NCBI GenBank assembly: GCA_963733295.1
Contig: CAVTCS010000003.1
Coordinates: 2,496,001-2,560,000, forward strand
Direction: 5' to 3'
Source: Vulcanimicrobiota bacterium
Lineage (GTDB): Bacteria > Vulcanimicrobiota > Vulcanimicrobiia > Vulcanimicrobiales > Vulcanimicrobiaceae
Length of the DNA stretch: 64,000 nt
Shown one piece after another: positions 8,587 to 17,420 of the stretch. Positions within the stretch are counted from its first letter, which is position 1. The number at the start of each line of letters is the position of its first letter. The position numbers and the translations under genes were made by a program. The notes under the pieces are model-generated. The model was not told the origin of the DNA. It saw only the letters and a program-made list of their open reading frames with translations, and did not search any database.

Positions 8587-10143
8587 TCAGATGTAGCGGC
8601 GCACCTTCGGCCACCATTGGGCCATGCTCTCGACGGGTTGCGTGCACTTGTAGATCGGCAGCGTGTTTTGATCGGGCAGCAGGTATTCGTCGTGAAACGT
8701 CCCGACGCGCTCGACACGGCGGAACTCCGTGCGGAGCAGGGACGGTTCGACGCCGATCGCAAGAACGACCCGGCCCGAAGCGCCGCGCGGCCCGTAGATG
8801 TAGTAGTTGTTGTGTCCGCTGATCGCATGCGGAAGGTGATAGCGCGAGCCGAAGAAATCGATTGCCGAGGCTTGACCGTAGTTGCCGGTCAGAATCGCGG
8901 CTTCACGCTGCTCGGCGGGCGTCAGCGCATCGTAGGCTCCCGCCATCGAGCGAACGAGCACGTCCCAACCCAGCATGTCGGCGAAGTGCTGGGGCACTTT
9001 GCCCACGGGATGCCGTTCCATTTTGATGCCGCGAACGTCGAAGAGGTTCTGATAGGCGAGGTACGATTGCATCGGAAGAATCGGGAACGCGAGCGGCGCG
9101 ATCAGCGCGCCGCTGACGAACAAGCCGATCGGGTAGGCGATGCGGGCCCAGCGCAGGTCACGTAAGGCACGCTCGATCGGCACGCCTCCGGCGGCGATCA
9201 GCACGGGATAGATCGGCGCGAGGTAATACACCTTCGCGCCGAGCGCGAGGTAGAGCGCCGAGAGAATGAAGTAGGTGTAGCCGTACCAGCGCAGTCGCGA
9301 AGTTTCCGGCGACGCGAGCAGATAGACGAGCCCCGCGATCCAGAGCGGAGCCGCGAGCGGATTCATCATCAAGACTTGTTGCAGGTAGAACTCGAGGGGC
9401 CCGACGACGACGTTCTTCTCACTGGAGGCCGCACGCAGAACCTCGAGTTGCGGCCAACCATGCGCGTACTGCCAGACCAGCGACGGCGCGACGAGTGCCG
9501 CTGCGATTGCGGCCGCGAGATAGAAACCGGGCCGACGGAAAGCTCGCCGCGCCGGCGTCAGAGCGACGGCGATCAGACCACAGCCTTCAAAGAAGAACAT
9601 CGTGTATTTGTTGTCGAGGCCGAGACCGACGACGGCGCCGAGCGCGGCCCACAGTACCCACGTATTCTTTTCTTCGGCCTTGATGAAAAGGTAGGCGGCG
9701 CTCATCCAGAGGAGCGGCTCGAACGCGTTCATCGTCAGCAGGTTGCCGACCGCGAGGTAAAACGGCGCGAGCGCGAGCGCGAGCATCGCCAATCCCTGCG
9801 CGAACGGGCCACCGCCGAGCGAACGCGCGAGACGCCCGGTAAGCACGACGGTCGTCGCGCCGGCAAGGGCGGGCAAGAGGCGCAGCGCGGTAAGCGAGTC
9901 TCCGAAAAGCGAAATTGCGATGCGCGCGATCAGCGCGATGAGCGGCGGCTGGTCGACGTAACCCCATGCGAGGTGGCGCGCGCACGAGACGAAGTACAGC
10001 TCGTCGCGCTGATATCCGTATCCGCCGCTCGCAGCGATGTGCAAGACAAAAGTCAGAATGCCCGCGGCGGCTGCGAGCAGCCACGACGCATCGAGACTGA
10101 AGGATTCGGCCCGAACCTCTTGGGATTGAGCAACATGACCCAC
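8587..10143 (-). CDS. GT-C membrane glycosyltransferase (ArnT/PMT, family 39-like)
   Basis: YQRDELYF, LAWGYVDQPPL, NKYT, NYGQA, SGHNNY; multi-TM; start codon uncertain. Confidence 0.85.
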   Translation of the reverse strand: MGHVAQSQEVRAESFSLDASWLLAAAAGILTFVLHIAASGGYGYQRDELYFVSCARHLAWGYVDQPPLIALIARIAISLFGDSLTALRLLPALAGATTVVLTGRLARSLGGGPFAQGLAMLALALAPFYLAVGNLLTMNAFEPLLWMSAAYLFIKAEEKNTWVLWAALGAVVGLGLDNKYTMFFFEGCGLIAVALTPARRAFRRPGFYLAAAIAAALVAPSLVWQYAHGWPQLEVLRAASSEKNVVVGPLEFYLQQVLMMNPLAAPLWIAGLVYLLASPETSRLRWYGYTYFILSALYLALGAKVYYLAPIYPVLIAAGGVPIERALRDLRWARIAYPIGLFVSGALIAPLAFPILPMQSYLAYQNLFDVRGIKMERHPVGKVPQHFADMLGWDVLVRSMAGAYDALTPAEQREAAILTGNYGQASAIDFFGSRYHLPHAISGHNNYYIYGPRGASGRVVLAIGVEPSLLRTEFRRVERVGTFHDEYLLPDQNTLPIYKCTQPVESMAQWWPKVRRYI

Positions 10144-10995
10144 GGCTCGGTAGCTCACAAGACCCTCTTTTGTCAGACTTTCATCGACTCGCATCGCTAC
10201 TTCGAACCGGAGACCCTTCCGTGGCCGAAACTCGATGACTCAACCATCGACCGCTTACGTTCGATTCCCTTTTGGCCCGTTGCACTGGCGGCCGAAAGAA
10301 ATGCGGGGAAAATGGTTTCCGGTTTTGCCGGCTTGGTCGAGGACCCGTTGATCCACCAGGCCCTGGCCGTGCAGGGCGTCGAGGAGACGCGCCACGCCCG
10401 GATCCTCGAGTGCATGCTCGCGCACTATGAGATCTCCGTCGCGCAGCACCCAGGCAACGAGTGGAAATTGAACCGCCGCTCCTTCATCGATTTCGGATAC
10501 GAGGAGTGCATCGACGCCTTCTTCGGCTTCGGCATCTTCGGACTGGCGCGTCAGATCCAGCTCTTTATTCCCGAACTGACGGACATCTTCGAAGTGATTC
10601 TCATTGAAGAAGCGCGCCACGTCACGTTCTTCGTGAACTGGATCGCCTACGAGCGAGTGCATCGGGGTCTCGGCTCGTTGCCCGCGACGGCCGTCGCCAC
10701 CGCGCTCGGCTATGCCCGCGCGCTGCGGCGCATCGTCGCCACCTTCGCGCCGACCGCTGCGGCGCAAAGGACGCAAGGGCCCGGCTTTGCGGCCGAAGGA
10801 GCCTTCGCAGTCGTCGGGGATATCACGTGGCGTCAGTTTCTGCGCTCCTGCGTCAGCGAAAACAATCGCTATCTGTGTACGTTCGATCCGCGACTTTTGC
10901 GTCCGCGCGTGCTGCCCTGCCTCGCGAAGGTGGTCCTCGCACTGCCCGCATTTCCGGCGCCGAAGAACCGGACGACCGCTCCTTCCTCGGTTTAA
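10135..10995 (+). CDS. ferritin-like di-iron carboxylate protein
   Basis: Two ExxH motifs (EETRH, EEARH) plus GYEECIDAFFGFG; ATG at 10135. Confidence 0.8.
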   Translation: MTHGSVAHKTLFCQTFIDSHRYFEPETLPWPKLDDSTIDRLRSIPFWPVALAAERNAGKMVSGFAGLVEDPLIHQALAVQGVEETRHARILECMLAHYEISVAQHPGNEWKLNRRSFIDFGYEECIDAFFGFGIFGLARQIQLFIPELTDIFEVILIEEARHVTFFVNWIAYERVHRGLGSLPATAVATALGYARALRRIVATFAPTAAAQRTQGPGFAAEGAFAVVGDITWRQFLRSCVSENNRYLCTFDPRLLRPRVLPCLAKVVLALPAFPAPKNRTTAPSSV

Positions 10996-11026
10996 CACAA
11001 CGTTTTTTGGATTACCCACTTGGGCC

Positions 11027-13156
11027 TCAGGCGTCCCGTTTCGCGGCGAGGATCGCGATTGCGTCGCCGGGAGCGATCCCGCGCAGTTCCTCCGCGGCGA
11101 GCGCAAGAACTTGCTGCGAGTCGGCGAGGGTTCCGAGGTCGGCGACCCGCGAGCCGTAGGCGAGCGCGATCTCCGGCAGCGCGCGCCCGACGTCACCGAA
11201 CGAGGTTGCGTCGTCGAGGATCTGCTCGAGCGCGGCGACCGCGCGCGCCGCGGTCGTCGCCCGGACCACGGCTCGGCGCGCGATGAACCGCACGACTCCG
11301 GCACGATCGACCACGCAAGCATCGTGCGCGCCACGCGACCGCGCCCGGTAGACCTCAAACTCCTCGCACTCTACAGCGAGTTCGAGCGCCGCGGGCGCGA
11401 CGCGTAGCGCGCGAGCGGCGGCGGCGCGCCGTGCTTCGAGGCTTACCGGTTCCTTGCGGCGCGAATCGCCCGCCGCAGCCGTCGCGCCCGAGGCGATCGC
11501 GCGCACGAGATTGCGGCGCGAATCGATTTCGACGGTCGCTTCGACGAGCTCGGGCGCGGCACCGGCCGCCACGACGCGCTCGATCGCTTCGCGCCGCACG
11601 CGCACGACGTCGTCCGGCCCGGGATCGACGACCGTGCGTTCGACGACGTCCCGAACCAGCGCCAGTGCGACGCCGAGCGGCGAGATCACTTCGGCATCGC
11701 GCGCGATGCGGAACTCAAAACCAAGCGTTTGCGCCGCAAACGGAACGAGCGCTGCCGCACCGCCGCCGCCGCCCACGAGCTCGATCGCTTCCGCGGCGAG
11801 ATCGTAGTCGTCGATCAGCTCGCGCAGTGCGACCGCAAGCTTCGCGGTAGCTCTTTCGAGCACGGCGCGCGCGAGTTGCAGCCGATCGCACGCGAGGTGC
11901 CGGGCGGCGGCATCGAAGGCGAGGCCGGCGCTGACCGCGTCGCCACGCGCGAAATCGCCGGCGCCGACGTATTCGAGGAGGTTCGCGGCGCACGTCGGGG
12001 TGAGCGCGCAGCGGCTTCCGTCGTGCAGCTCGAGCGCCAGGTAGTCATCGGGATCACCGGGCAGCGGCCGCACGAAGATCGCGCGCGCCCCGGAAAGCGC
12101 TTCGGGCGGCAAGAAACTGGCGTAGCGCAAGCCCGCGATATGCGCGGAGCGCGGGCCGACGTCGCGTAGCGCGGCGACGCCGCGTCCGTTGGGATCGAGC
12201 CGCAAGAGGCTCCCGCCCGCGACCGCCAGCGTGCGAACGTCGAGCGTCCGCAACATCGTGCGATGGCCGCCGACCCGCGCCGGCCGCATCTGCGGTTGAC
12301 CGCGCCGGATCACCGAACAGTCCGCGCTCGTCCCGCCGACCTCGATGAAGATGCCGTCGGTGACGTTCTCGTGGAGCAGCGCTCCCGCGATGCCGGCAGC
12401 CGGTCCCGAAAGCATCGTGAGAATCGGCCTCCGCGCGACCTCGCGCACGTCCATCACTCCGCCGTCGCTGCGCATGATCATGAGCGGAACACCGATCCCC
12501 GCGCTTCGAGCCGCCTCGGCGGTCATTTCGCTCGTGCGAAGCATGCGCGGCAGAATCGCCGCATTGAGGACCGCGGTGCGCGTGCGAGCGCGCAAGCCGT
12601 ACATCGAAGAGACCTCGTGTCCCGAGGTCGCGAGCATGCCGCGCGCGTGCGCCGCATCGACCGCTTGCGTTTCGCGGGCGGGCCGGTCGACGCCGAATGC
12701 CGCGCTCGCCGCGATCGCTCCGACGCCGTGCGCGGCGAGCGCATCCAGCGCGCGCCCGATCGCCGCGGCATCGCCCGCTCGCGCGTAGGCAATGGGCGAG
12801 CTCAATACGGCATTCGGACCCAGGGGCAGCGGCGGCAACCGGATTTGACGGCGCGCGAGCCAGTCGAAGCGATCGTGGAGCGCGAGCGTTCCGACTTTGG
12901 CGACGTCGCCTTCAAGAAGTGCGTTCGTCGCCTGCGTCGTAGAATGCGCGAGGAAGGCGATGCGCGCTACCTCGACGCCGGGCGTGTCGAGCACTCGCCT
13001 CAGACCTGCGACGATTCCCGCCGCGACGCCTTCGGGCGCGTCGTGCGTCGTCGGTACCTTGACGCGCGCGACCAGCGTTCCGCTCGCAGCGTCGACCGCA
13101 ACGACGTCGGTAAAGGTCCCGCCGACATCGATCCCGACGCGCAACGCGCCGCTCAT
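11027..13156 (-). CDS. hydantoinase/oxoprolinase A-family (actin-like ATPase) protein
   Basis: GIDVGGTFTD, HSTTQATNALLE, RTRTAVLNA, MRSDGG, LSGPAAG, EVGGTSAD, VGPRSA. Confidence 0.88.
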   Translation of the reverse strand: MSGALRVGIDVGGTFTDVVAVDAASGTLVARVKVPTTHDAPEGVAAGIVAGLRRVLDTPGVEVARIAFLAHSTTQATNALLEGDVAKVGTLALHDRFDWLARRQIRLPPLPLGPNAVLSSPIAYARAGDAAAIGRALDALAAHGVGAIAASAAFGVDRPARETQAVDAAHARGMLATSGHEVSSMYGLRARTRTAVLNAAILPRMLRTSEMTAEAARSAGIGVPLMIMRSDGGVMDVREVARRPILTMLSGPAAGIAGALLHENVTDGIFIEVGGTSADCSVIRRGQPQMRPARVGGHRTMLRTLDVRTLAVAGGSLLRLDPNGRGVAALRDVGPRSAHIAGLRYASFLPPEALSGARAIFVRPLPGDPDDYLALELHDGSRCALTPTCAANLLEYVGAGDFARGDAVSAGLAFDAAARHLACDRLQLARAVLERATAKLAVALRELIDDYDLAAEAIELVGGGGGAAALVPFAAQTLGFEFRIARDAEVISPLGVALALVRDVVERTVVDPGPDDVVRVRREAIERVVAAGAAPELVEATVEIDSRRNLVRAIASGATAAAGDSRRKEPVSLEARRAAAARALRVAPAALELAVECEEFEVYRARSRGAHDACVVDRAGVVRFIARRAVVRATTAARAVAALEQILDDATSFGDVGRALPEIALAYGSRVADLGTLADSQQVLALAAEELRGIAPGDAIAILAAKRDA

Positions 13157-15192
13157 GCGCTTCGCGCGCCGCGCGCGTGCAGAGCCGCCTCGAAGAACGG
13201 CTCACCGAGCGTCACGGTCGTCTCGCGTCCGCCGCGTTTGACCACGAAGGTATGCGGTTTCCCGTCGTACGCGCGCTGCTGGCTTTGAAAGGTTCCGTAC
13301 TCCCACCAGAATTGGCCGTCGATTTTCTCGACGATGTCGTCGCTCCGCAAACCGGCGACATAGGCGGGTCCGCCGGGCCGTACGAACGCGCGCATTTGAC
13401 CGTCGCCCGTCTTGAATAGCGAATAGAAATACGTAGGAGCGGTACCGGGGCGATACGCGAGACCCCGCGAGAACAGCGAAGCCGCCAGCTCCGGATGCAT
13501 CAAACTCCAGGTGCGAACGCGAAAGAGATCGGCCAGCGCTGCTTCTTCGATTCGCGCGGAACAGGCTCGGCCGCCGCGCACGGCATCGCAGGTCTCGTGC
13601 CATTCATCGACGGGCCACGCTGCGCAGTCCTCGAGCGCGATGCCGACGTCGTTGCCCGCCACCAGCGGATCCCCGAACGGCTCGACGCTGACCACGAGCG
13701 CGGCCGCGTAGGGTTTCGAGGAACAGCCGGCGTCAGCGGCGGGCGCCCCCGTCAACAGCGCGCGATATCCGGACCAGCTGCGCAAGGCCGCAAAGACGAC
13801 GCCGGCGGCCGTCTTGGCGTTTTCGTCGGCGGGGACGACGGCGATCGTGTTCGCGGCAGCCGGCGGCGCGAACATTCCGACCGGCTCGGGCGTCGCAGCG
13901 GAAGCCGCTGCGAACGGCGGCGGTCCGGGAACGCCGAGCAGCGCCGGGCCGAACGCGACCGCGACGATCGCTGCGAACGTCGCGACCGCGACTTGGAACG
14001 GCAGCGTGATGCGCGTGATCTCCGCGACCGGGACGCCGGTGAAGTTCGCGACCCACACGTTCTGCGTGTTCGTCGGATCGCAAACGTTCTGAACCTGAAC
14101 CACGGCCATGACCGCCGCGACCAGCATGACCGGCGGCAAGATTCCCAACCCCGCGAGCACGGTGTAGACGGCGATACCGACACCGAAGGGATTGAGCGGT
14201 CCCCGGTACAGCGCGAGCGGACTGAACAACCCGAAAAGGGCGACGTAGGCGAACGCGTTGCGCGGAGCGATCGCGGTCACGAGCGGAGTAAGCGCGGAAC
14301 GCACCTCGCTCAAGCCGGTCGCGACCAGCAGCATGCCGATTCCCATGAAGAGCAGGATCGCCGGCGCGACGTCCTCGACGCCGCGAATCGCGGCTTTGAC
14401 GAAGACCGGAACCGCTTCGCGCGGCCGCGTGGTGAACACCGCGTAGAGCGCGGCGAGCAAGAACGCGAGAATCGGATCGAAGCCGAAGGCGAAGTAGAGG
14501 ACGATCGGCAACACCGGCGCGATCAAGGCCGGAAGCGGAACGCGCTTACGCGCCGGCGCTTCTTCGGGGACCAGCGCCCAGGCGGCATATCCCCGGGTGC
14601 TGCGAAAACGCACGACGACGAAGGCGACCAGCACCAGCAGATCGATCGCCGCAAGCGCCAACGCATACGGCTGCATCTGCTCGCGCTGGACGCCGAAGGT
14701 CTTCGTATAGAAGCCCCACTGGGAAACGTTGAAGATGAAACCCAGCGCATACGCGAGCATGAAAAGCGTCGCAGCGGTGCGGCGCGGAATCCCGATCGTA
14801 AGCATGATGGGCAAAACGATCGACCCGACCATGATGATCGCACCCAAACCGTAGAGCGAAGTGAACAGCGCGGCTACCGCCGCCGACAACACGAGCGCGA
14901 CCACCAGCGGACGGTCGCCGCCGAATTCGGCAGCGTAGGCGATGATCGTTTCAGCGATGCCGGTCGACATCGTGACCCGGCTGAGCAGCGCGCCGAAAAT
15001 GACGTACGCCATCACCGGCGCGAGGCGCACCGTCCCTTCGACGAGCACCGCTTGCAGCTCGCTGAAGCTCGAACCGGCCAACGCCGTCAGCGCCAGCGCC
15101 ATCGCCGGAACGGCGATCAAAGCCGGGAGTTTCCGCGCGAACATCAGCGCCGCGCACAGGGCGAAGACGCCCAGCATCGCGAGACCGGTCAC
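13153..15192 (-). CDS. ion-transporter-superfamily permease fused to a C-terminal soluble domain ending in a PDZ-like module
   Basis: ~415-aa multi-TM region (AAEFGGDRP, LYRGPLNPFG, CDPTNTQNVW) followed in frame by a Cys-containing domain and GGPAYVAGLRSDDIVEKIDG. Confidence 0.75.
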   Translation of the reverse strand: MTGLAMLGVFALCAALMFARKLPALIAVPAMALALTALAGSSFSELQAVLVEGTVRLAPVMAYVIFGALLSRVTMSTGIAETIIAYAAEFGGDRPLVVALVLSAAVAALFTSLYGLGAIIMVGSIVLPIMLTIGIPRRTAATLFMLAYALGFIFNVSQWGFYTKTFGVQREQMQPYALALAAIDLLVLVAFVVVRFRSTRGYAAWALVPEEAPARKRVPLPALIAPVLPIVLYFAFGFDPILAFLLAALYAVFTTRPREAVPVFVKAAIRGVEDVAPAILLFMGIGMLLVATGLSEVRSALTPLVTAIAPRNAFAYVALFGLFSPLALYRGPLNPFGVGIAVYTVLAGLGILPPVMLVAAVMAVVQVQNVCDPTNTQNVWVANFTGVPVAEITRITLPFQVAVATFAAIVAVAFGPALLGVPGPPPFAAASAATPEPVGMFAPPAAANTIAVVPADENAKTAAGVVFAALRSWSGYRALLTGAPAADAGCSSKPYAAALVVSVEPFGDPLVAGNDVGIALEDCAAWPVDEWHETCDAVRGGRACSARIEEAALADLFRVRTWSLMHPELAASLFSRGLAYRPGTAPTYFYSLFKTGDGQMRAFVRPGGPAYVAGLRSDDIVEKIDGQFWWEYGTFQSQQRAYDGKPHTFVVKRGGRETTVTLGEPFFEAALHARGARSA

Positions 15193-15202
15193 GCCGGCAC
15201 GG

Positions 15203-17236
15203 TCATCGAGCGCTGCCGCCGGATCCGAGAATCTCGTCGAACGACGGCAGGGTCTTCGCGTTGACGTATTGATAAGTCGCCGCATTGACGCGATCGGCGC
15301 GCACGATCGCGGTCTGCGCCCCGAGATCGTAGCGCTCGAGGACCGCGGCGACGTGGTCCGGACGGCTTTCGTACTCCCAGCTCGCGCGAACCGCCGGCTC
15401 GAGGCCGAGCAGCATGTCGCGCTGCTCCCAAAACAAATACTTGGTCACGTTGAGACCGCGATACAACAGTGCGTCGTTCTTGCCGCCTAGCTCGGCGCGC
15501 GCGTCGTCGTAGTAAGCTCGCGCCTCGGCGGCGATCTGCAGGTTACGCCCGAGGGTGTCGTAACGCCGGGCAGCCAGCTCCATCACCGCCGCTGCGTTGG
15601 CGTGCAGCGGGGGCGGCGGCGAGCTGCGCAGGTGCGCGAGCGCGTCCTCGGCCGCGAGCCGGAGGGCGGAGAGGTCCAGCTTCGTACCGATCGTCACCAG
15701 CGCCGGATCGAACGCGTCCGACCAGAACAAGTAGTTGCCGTACTCTCGCGGGCTGGCGCGCAACAGCGTGCGGCAGCGCGCGAGGTCGTTGAGATCGGCG
15801 GCATAGTGCGCGTCGTCGCTGCCGAAGAACGCGCTCGGGAAATCGCTCGCGAAGCGTTCGCGAGGCACGGGCGCGGATTCCCAAGCGTTCGCCGCCGCGT
15901 ACAGCACCGGATACCAGGTGGCCTCGTAGAGCGTCTCACCGTCGTCGTGCCAAACGGTTTGAAACAGCCCGAGGACGTGCGCCGCTTTTCCCTCGGTGAC
16001 GAAGCGCTCGATGTTCGTAAACGCGGCGTCGATGTCGGGATAGATCTCGTTCCAGTTGAGCGCTCCGGGCGCGACCATCTGTTCGAAACCGCCTGCGGCA
16101 ATGCGCTGGATATAAGGTACATACGTCTTCTCGGTCCCGTAGTGCCAGTTGACGAAGACGAGCTGCTTGGGCAGCGCAGAAAACATCTCGGGATGGCGCG
16201 AGAGCGCATCGTCCCAGATCATCGGGCGCGCGTGCGAGTGCGCCAGCACGAAGCCGGCCGTTTCGACGACGTGCTGCGTGTAGACCACGCCTTCGCCTTT
16301 CGCGGCGACGAGCGCGGCCGACCGGCCGCGTCCGAGATCCACCGGTTCGTCCGAGCCGATGTGAAAGAACGGCGGATTCGGCACGGCGGCGAGTTCGTCG
16401 CCGATCAGGTCGCGAACGTAGGCTTCGCCGCCGGGATTCGCAGGTGCCAGCAGCCAGCCGTGGGGGAGTTCGGCGAGCGGAGCGTAGCGTTCCCAGCGCA
16501 GTGTCTCGTGCATGTGCGCGAAGGTCTGCTGCTCGGGAATCAAGGCGACGTGAAAGTGCCGCGCGTAGGCATCCAGCTCGCGCAACTGTGCCGGCGTTAT
16601 ACCGTCGAGCGGTGCCGGCAGAGGATGCTTGGGATCGACGAAGACGTGCTCCATGTACGGTGAATAGCCGTTCATCTTGAACCCGGCGATCGTGCGGATG
16701 CGCTCCTCGAAGTAGCGCATCGTCGGCAACGGACCGCGCGAAACGTCATCCGAAAGCACGCGCCACGCGAGCGCCGGACGATCCTCGACGTGGACGCACG
16801 GCACTTTCCAGCCGCCGCCGCTGCGCACCGGCAGCTGTGCGAGCGTCATCCACGCGTAGAAAGTGCCGGCCGCGCTCGAGCCGCTGACACGCACGCCGCG
16901 CGCGTCGACGTCCAGACGGTACGCTTGCGCTTGGGTTCCGTTGCCCCCGGTCGATCCGGACACGTCGCGGACGATGCCGGCGCTCGCGCCGGCCGCCACG
17001 ATTCCGAGCGCCTTCCAGCGTTCGTCGATGAGCTCGCGTCCGGGCGAGTCCGCGGGCGAACGATCGACTCCGGCTAATATCGCGGACGCCTCGATCGCGC
17101 AACCTGGAAGGCGTTCGAGCCGCACCGGCCGCGGGATCAAATGAAGCTCCGGGACGTCGCCGGCATTCGCCGCCGTTTGAGGACCCGAGCCCAACACGAG
17201 AAAGAGGGCTAGAAACCCGAAGGCCGCTCCGCGCAC
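15203..17236 (-). CDS. exported GH20 beta-N-acetylhexosaminidase
   Basis: Signal peptide, LIPRP, VEDRP, DDVSRG, catalytic FHIGSDE, MIWDD; GTG at 17236 after GAGG. Confidence 0.88.
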   Translation of the reverse strand: MRGAAFGFLALFLVLGSGPQTAANAGDVPELHLIPRPVRLERLPGCAIEASAILAGVDRSPADSPGRELIDERWKALGIVAAGASAGIVRDVSGSTGGNGTQAQAYRLDVDARGVRVSGSSAAGTFYAWMTLAQLPVRSGGGWKVPCVHVEDRPALAWRVLSDDVSRGPLPTMRYFEERIRTIAGFKMNGYSPYMEHVFVDPKHPLPAPLDGITPAQLRELDAYARHFHVALIPEQQTFAHMHETLRWERYAPLAELPHGWLLAPANPGGEAYVRDLIGDELAAVPNPPFFHIGSDEPVDLGRGRSAALVAAKGEGVVYTQHVVETAGFVLAHSHARPMIWDDALSRHPEMFSALPKQLVFVNWHYGTEKTYVPYIQRIAAGGFEQMVAPGALNWNEIYPDIDAAFTNIERFVTEGKAAHVLGLFQTVWHDDGETLYEATWYPVLYAAANAWESAPVPRERFASDFPSAFFGSDDAHYAADLNDLARCRTLLRASPREYGNYLFWSDAFDPALVTIGTKLDLSALRLAAEDALAHLRSSPPPPLHANAAAVMELAARRYDTLGRNLQIAAEARAYYDDARAELGGKNDALLYRGLNVTKYLFWEQRDMLLGLEPAVRASWEYESRPDHVAAVLERYDLGAQTAIVRADRVNAATYQYVNAKTLPSFDEILGSGGSAR

Positions 17237-17420
17237 GGCCTCGCCTTCTCTAAAATTACGAAGGCGCCCCCGTCTCACGACGGCGGCGCCCCCACTCACT
17301 CACTTCTCCGTTTGCCCGTGCTTGAAGGTATGGCTACCCTGGAAACCCGGGCCTCAAACCTTTACCGCGCCGGCGGAGGGCCCTCCTGTGAACGGGACAG
17401 CCGGATTGCGAGAGGAGCCG

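Noticed and set aside
9376..10134. Long N-terminal extensions given by the ORF track (9376, 24359, 54435, 55234, 61191)
   Set aside because: They overlap other genes; family motifs and RBS positions support the downstream starts used here
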